A stretch of DNA of 58,385 nucleotides, from contig JAFXVB010000023.1 of NCBI GenBank assembly GCA_017534945.1, positions 1-58,385 of the forward strand, in the 5' to 3' direction. The position numbers were made by a program, and so were the translations under genes. Position 1 is the first letter of the stretch, and every line of letters starts with the position of its first letter. This DNA is from Alphaproteobacteria bacterium (GTDB lineage Bacteria; Pseudomonadota; Alphaproteobacteria; Rs-D84). The notes under the pieces were generated by a model that was not told the DNA's origin, made no database searches, and worked only from the letters and a program-made list of their open reading frames with translations. Shown in pieces: positions 57,742 to 58,385 of the stretch.

Positions 57742-58385
57742 ATGTTCGGTATAGAAAATAGGCGGTATATAGGTAACAAATGCAAGCTAATGCCATGGAT
57801 ACGTGATTTGATTGTTGCAGAATGTCCAAGGTGTGTGTCTTTGTTTGATGTTTTTGCGGGTACAGGCTGCGTATCGGCATGTTTGCTCGATCTGTATGAC
57901 AATATCATAATTAACGATTTCTTGTTTTCTAATGAAGTAATATATAAGGCTTTCTTCGGAAAGGGGGTGTATAATCAAAAAAAGTTACAGAAGATAAAAG
58001 AAACATATTTAAATATACCAGCGACGCAACTACAAAAGTCGAATTATGTATCTGATATGTTTGGAAATAAATTCTTTTCATATAATGATGCGGTGAAAAT
58101 AGGTTATATTAGACAAGATATAGAAAATCTATATTTGAACAAAAAAATAAATGCAAAAGAACATGATATATTATTAGCGTCGTTATTATATTCTGCGGAT
58201 CATACGGCAAACACAGTGGGCCATTATGATGCTTTTATAAAAAAATCGGGATCGGCCCGGCCTTTTGAATTTGATTTGATATCACCAATAGATACAAAAA
58301 ACAAAAAAATAAAGATATACAGAGAAGATGCAAATAAATTAGCCGAACATGTTTGTGCGGATATTGCTTTTATAGATCCACCATA
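57742..58385 (+). CDS. Dam/M.FokI-like DNA adenine methyltransferase, partial (runs off the window; absent from the ORF track)
   Basis: GGAAAGGA SD; RRYIGNK, DVFAGTG, INDF, NTVGHYDAF, FIDPP(Y) at the window end. Confidence 0.92.
   Translation, partial: MFGIENRRYIGNKCKLMPWIRDLIVAECPRCVSLFDVFAGTGCVSACLLDLYDNIIINDFLFSNEVIYKAFFGKGVYNQKKLQKIKETYLNIPATQLQKSNYVSDMFGNKFFSYNDAVKIGYIRQDIENLYLNKKINAKEHDILLASLLYSADHTANTVGHYDAFIKKSGSARPFEFDLISPIDTKNKKIKIYREDANKLAEHVCADIAFIDPP

Overview
Chromosomal window from a small, AT-rich alphaproteobacterium. The lineage is inferred from the alpha-type DnaB, ParC, HolA and COG2932-like HTH; it resembles uncultured gut Rs-D84/Enterousia-type genomes, but this is unverified. 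Bases 1-26.7 kb are mostly housekeeping: class III RNR (nrdD split from its glycyl-radical peptide, nrdG, NrdR boxes), lptE-holA-map-radC, zapA, tandem-domain thyX, parC, rpmG, gap, miaA, priA, an orphan VirB11 ATPase and tRNA-Glu/Leu/Asp. The standout is 26.7-39.0 kb, a minus-strand podovirus-type head/tail/lysis cluster with no integrase, att sites or phage replication genes. Its large terminase is split into two intact ORFs by a flush-fitting opposite-strand block carrying host-type dnaB and a double-HTH regulator, and a self-contained histone-H1-like gene sits between scaffold and capsid. A consensus promoter followed at once by a terminator heads the cluster. Together these suggest a domesticated gene-transfer-agent-like system (inference). 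birA, ackA and an AlkD-like gene follow. From about 43.4 kb an AT-rich island carries a radical-SAM/HD/degenerate-AlaRS/kinase/peptidase/GT9/DUF4254 cluster and a defence cluster (HigA, AAA ATPase plus RloB-like, HNH, Mrr, DUF4238, and an adenine MTase cut by the window edge). All family assignments come from motif recognition by eye; no database searches were run.
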